From assembly GCA_038045945.1 (NCBI GenBank), contig JBBSXC010000004.1, positions 192,001-256,000 of the forward strand: a stretch of DNA of 64,000 bases, written 5' to 3'. The notes beneath the pieces are model-generated. The model had not been told where the DNA came from. It saw only the letters and a list, made by a program, of their open reading frames with translations, and made no database searches. Position 1 is the first letter of the stretch; the number at the start of each line of letters is the position of its first letter. Shown here in pieces: positions 60,537 to 64,000 of the stretch. Made by a program: the position numbers and the translations under genes. The stretch is from Nanobdellota archaeon (GTDB lineage: Archaea; Nanobdellota; Nanobdellia; Pacearchaeales; GW2011-AR1).

Positions 60537-61478
60537 TTATCCTTTCTTCTTAATCTTGCTAGCTTTCTCTTCAGCTTCCTTAATCTTAAGCTTCTCAGTC
60601 AAGTCTAACCTATCAATAAGCTCCTTGTAACGATTACGAATAGTAACCTCAGTAATACCAGCTACATCCGCAACTTCTCTCTGAGTCTTTTTCTCATCAT
60701 TAATAAGAGCAGCAACATACAAAGCAGCAGCAGCGATACCCGCAGGACCGCGACCAGAAGTTAACTCAGAAATATCAGCCTTCTTAAGAATCTTGAGAGC
60801 CTCATTCTGAGTTTTAGGAGAAAGACTAAGAATACTAGCAAAACGAGAAATATAATCCTTAGGAGATGAAGGAGTAACCTTAATAGCTAATTTTCGAATA
60901 ATAAAACGATAAGTCCTACCTATCTCTTTTCTCTCAACGTCTGATGCATTAGCTATCTCGTCCAGTGTCCTAGGAATATTATAAGAACGACAAGCAGCGT
61001 AAATACAAGCAGCAATGACAGACTCCATACTTCTACCTCTAACAAGTCCTCTTTGAAGAACAAAATTGTAAACTCTAGCAGCCTCATCACCAACAACTTT
61101 AGGCAAAGACAAAAACGAAGCAACCCTTCTTAGTTCAGCCATAGCAAGACGAAGATTCCTCTCAATACTAGTAGAAACTCGCTCCTGCCACTTCTTAAGT
61201 CGTAAAAACTTTCTTGTTTGTTTCGATTCTAAACGATAAATATCAGATATTTCACCAACATTAGTAGTCAAACCCTTATCAAACTTTTGAATAGAAAGAG
61301 GAGCACCACCACGACCCTTCTTCTCGCCCTTATCAAACTGAGCATGAACCTCGTGTCCCGTATCAACCATCTTTTCCTCAACTAATAAACCACAATCATT
61401 ACAAATAACCTCACCACGTTGAGGATCATAAGTAAGATTAATACTATCACACTCAGGACACTTTTTTACATAAGACAT
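60537..61478 (-). CDS. tfb: Transcription initiation factor B
   Basis: Zn ribbon CPEC..CNDCG, ERNL, LVRGRS, PRTLDEI, TQREVA..TEVTIRNRYKEL. Confidence 0.96.
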   Translation of the reverse strand: MSYVKKCPECDSINLTYDPQRGEVICNDCGLLVEEKMVDTGHEVHAQFDKGEKKGRGGAPLSIQKFDKGLTTNVGEISDIYRLESKQTRKFLRLKKWQERVSTSIERNLRLAMAELRRVASFLSLPKVVGDEAARVYNFVLQRGLVRGRSMESVIAACIYAACRSYNIPRTLDEIANASDVERKEIGRTYRFIIRKLAIKVTPSSPKDYISRFASILSLSPKTQNEALKILKKADISELTSGRGPAGIAAAALYVAALINDEKKTQREVADVAGITEVTIRNRYKELIDRLDLTEKLKIKEAEEKASKIKKKG

Positions 61479-61557
61479 ATTTTTATTTTTTATTTCAAAA
61501 AGAGATTTAGTTAGATTTATAAGATTAATCACTCAAGGTTTAAAAACCTTTCTGCAA

Positions 61558-62061
61558 CTATCGAGGAGAAGATATATCAACCCTCACAGAATTAAAATGC
61601 GTCAATTTTGTACCATCATACTTGACCAACACTTGAAAAATACCTTCCATGCCAAATAATTCTGGAATTCTTCTATCTCCCTCATGCATGGGGTAACGAA
61701 AAACGTCTCTATCTGGAATCCAAAGTGGAGGAGACTTTCTACCCTCCTCTTCCTTTAATCTACCGGAAAACTTAGTAGCAGTATAAATCTCAACAAGCCA
61801 ATCTTCGGGGCTAGTAACGCTGCCTAACAATCTATCCTGATTATAAAAAGTAGCAATAGCCTTTAAACGGGGATCATGAACTACTAAACCTGTTTCCTCT
61901 TCAAACTCTCTGATCAAGCAATCAATTCCCCTTTCCCCTGACTCGGGTCTACCTCCGGGAGCGACATAAAAACCGCTATGGATATCATTTCCTTTTCTAT
62001 TTCTATGTAAAAAGAGTGTTTCACCACCACTTTTTAAATAGCACAAAGTGCCATTGATCAT
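61558..62061 (-). CDS. NUDIX hydrolase (MutT/MutX-like)
   Basis: PGGRPESGE...REFEEETGL, MHEGDR. Confidence 0.88.
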   Translation of the reverse strand: MINGTLCYLKSGGETLFLHRNRKGNDIHSGFYVAPGGRPESGERGIDCLIREFEEETGLVVHDPRLKAIATFYNQDRLLGSVTSPEDWLVEIYTATKFSGRLKEEEGRKSPPLWIPDRDVFRYPMHEGDRRIPELFGMEGIFQVLVKYDGTKLTHFNSVRVDISSPR

Positions 62062-62123
62062 AATCTAATAAAAGAGAAACAAGTTATAAAGATTTATATA
62101 AAAAGAAAGAACTTTTCAAAAAA

Positions 62124-62498
62124 TTATTTTGATTCAGGTAAAAGCACTGCTTGAACATTACCCTCTTGTGAAGGCCTGTTAGTAATTCTAGCCTTACCCA
62201 ACTCTGTTTCAATAACAGAGCTCTTTTGAAGAACATTCTGTCTAGCTAAGAAGCGGTTTGATGGAGTCTCAATAACATTAACAATCTTAGAAACTGTTGA
62301 CTTCTTAGTTTTAGGGTTAAAAACATTAGCAACATCAGCCATCAAAAGAACAACTTTGGAATTACCGCCACGAGTTCTCATCTCTTTAGCCTTAACATTT
62401 CCAAGCTTAACAACACGAGACTGACCAGTATTATCATAATGTTTTCTCTTACGAGAAGCATGATACAAACCGCCAGATATCTTTTTACCAATCTTCAT
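62124..62498 (-). CDS. rps8e: 30S ribosomal protein S8e
   Basis: RTRGGN, IETELGKARITNRPSQEGNVQAVL. Confidence 0.95.
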   Translation of the reverse strand: MKIGKKISGGLYHASRKRKHYDNTGQSRVVKLGNVKAKEMRTRGGNSKVVLLMADVANVFNPKTKKSTVSKIVNVIETPSNRFLARQNVLQKSSVIETELGKARITNRPSQEGNVQAVLLPESK

Positions 62499-62597
62499 AA
62501 AAACAACTATAAGTTTTTGGTTTTTAAAGCTTTGGTTAGGGTCAAGCCCCTTTGAAGCTTAAGAATAATATAAAAACAATGTTTACTTGCCTAATTT

Positions 62598-63086
62598 ATG
62601 AATCACAAAAAGATTTGGGGAAGAACGGTAGTACTAACAATGATAACTTGGATAATTTTGTCTTTAGTTATGTGGTATAAGAGATTCTTCATAACTATTT
62701 GTATCGCTGAAGCAGGGGTTAAATGCCCATCAGGTCTAGAATTATTCGCAAGTTTCTCAATAAGGATAATACCATTTTTTATAATACTCTTCGCGATAAT
62801 TAGTTATATAATAGAGTATTATAAGTTAAAAGCGAAAGGCCTAAATATAGACCACTTGAGGGTCTGGTTAATAACAATAATAAGCTCCGCTGTCATATGG
62901 GTTATAATCTATTTAGCCGGTTTAAAAGCAGGATATTTCAGAGTTATGTGCTTTCAAGGGCCGTGCCCCTTACAGCTAGAAGTTTATTTACAGTACTCAA
63001 AACTACTGCTGCCAATAATAATTTTATTATTAGCCGGAATTAATTACTTAATAGAATACTTTCTTGAAAGAAAAAAGCAGCAGTAA
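62598..63086 (+). CDS. Membrane protein made of two tandem TM-Cys loop-TM repeats
   Basis: C...CPSGLE...ISYIIEYY and C...CPLQLE...INYLIEYF. Confidence 0.7.
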   Translation: MNHKKIWGRTVVLTMITWIILSLVMWYKRFFITICIAEAGVKCPSGLELFASFSIRIIPFFIILFAIISYIIEYYKLKAKGLNIDHLRVWLITIISSAVIWVIIYLAGLKAGYFRVMCFQGPCPLQLEVYLQYSKLLLPIIILLLAGINYLIEYFLERKKQQ

Positions 63087-63140
63087 TCTATAATAAAATT
63101 TTGTAGATATATTTAAAAACTAAAAAAGTTGAGTGACCTT

Positions 63141-63389
63141 ATGGCTAACGGAATTGAAAGACCACTTGACCTTTTGAATCACTCAAAGGGAAAAGAGATC
63201 TTAGTACAATTGAACGACGAAAAACAGCTAGTAGGAACACTACTTGCATTTGACATCCACATCAACCTGGTGTTAGACAATGCAAAAGAGATGCACAACG
63301 GAGAAATGAAAAGAAGCATAGGCTTAACATTTTTACGAGGAGCTACGATATCATTCATAGCACCAGCATCAACTGCTAGCAAAAAATAA
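63141..63389 (+). CDS. Sm-like protein (Lsm/SmAP1)
   Basis: ERPLDLL, GTLLAFDIHINLVL, FLRG. Confidence 0.92.
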   Translation: MANGIERPLDLLNHSKGKEILVQLNDEKQLVGTLLAFDIHINLVLDNAKEMHNGEMKRSIGLTFLRGATISFIAPASTASKK

Positions 63390-63490
63390 TCAAGCATTAA
63401 ATTATCTAGACCTTTGCTTGTCTAGAAAAAGATGATAAATGATTAATAAATAGTGCTAACTCTAAAAAAAAGAAGCTCATTATAAAAAAA

Positions 63491-64000
63491 CTAAAATTCG
63501 AATTTGTCTAAATCATTAGTTAACTTAGTATTCTTAAAAACTTCACAAGCCTGATCCAAAAGAATAGACTCTTTATGCTCATATCTTTGAGAAAAATGAG
63601 TAAGAAGAAGAATTTTAGACTTAGACTTCTTAGCAATAGAAGCAGCTTGACGAGAAGTCATATGCTTATACTCAAGAGCAGTCTCTTCCTCATTATCACC
63701 ATAAGTAGACTCACAAATAAGAGCAGTAGAATTCTTAGCTAATCTAACAGCATTATCATTAGGAGAAGAATCAAAAATAATAGTCAACTTCTTACCAGGC
63801 TCAGCATAAGTCAAAGACTTAGACTTAACCTTCTTACCATTAATAACAACATCCTTACCAGCCTTAATATCCCCAAGCAAAGGAGAATTAGGAATATTAA
63901 ACTTCTTAAGCTTAGCACTATCAATCCGAAGCTTATCCTTACCAACAATAGAAAAAGCCAAGCAAGGAACAGTATGAGTCATTAAAGAACACTCAACAAA
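63491..64000 (-). CDS. rnz: Ribonuclease Z, C-terminal part (cut by window edge)
   Basis: HTVPC, exosite, LICESTY, HMTS, LLTHFSQRY. Confidence 0.9.
   Translation of the reverse strand, partial: FVECSLMTHTVPCLAFSIVGKDKLRIDSAKLKKFNIPNSPLLGDIKAGKDVVINGKKVKSKSLTYAEPGKKLTIIFDSSPNDNAVRLAKNSTALICESTYGDNEEETALEYKHMTSRQAASIAKKSKSKILLLTHFSQRYEHKESILLDQACEVFKNTKLTNDLDKFEF

Noticed and set aside
62499-62597. SRP RNA next to rps8e
   Set aside because: The gap is about 100 nt, AT-rich, and has no helix-8 motif.

Overview
Chromosomal segment of a reduced-genome archaeon, inferred to be DPANN (Pacearchaeota/Woesearchaeota-like) from gene content and protein styles. It holds core informational genes (cdc6-DP1-DP2, RPA, RadA, GINS, RecJ-like, Hef, UDG, TFB, aIF2-alpha, EF-1beta, SRP54/FtsY, four r-proteins, Lsm, RNase Z) and five tRNA genes, one with a BHB intron. 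The main accessory feature is a ~18 kb type IV pilus/Tad-like locus (15.5-33.6 kb): secretion ATPase, platform protein, large surface glycoprotein, ten consecutive class III signal-peptide genes (two missing from the ORF track, one with a glycine-zipper hairpin) and a prepilin peptidase. A second pair of genes (632 aa pilin-like, 1804 aa Cys-rich) lies at 52-59 kb. The + strand is strongly A-rich regardless of gene orientation, and several islets, including the pilin array, break this pattern. A second partial tRNA-Val-like structure directly abuts tRNA-Val(GAC). No rRNA, CRISPR, integrase, transposase or reverse transcriptase was seen. All calls come from reading motifs by eye; no searches were run.
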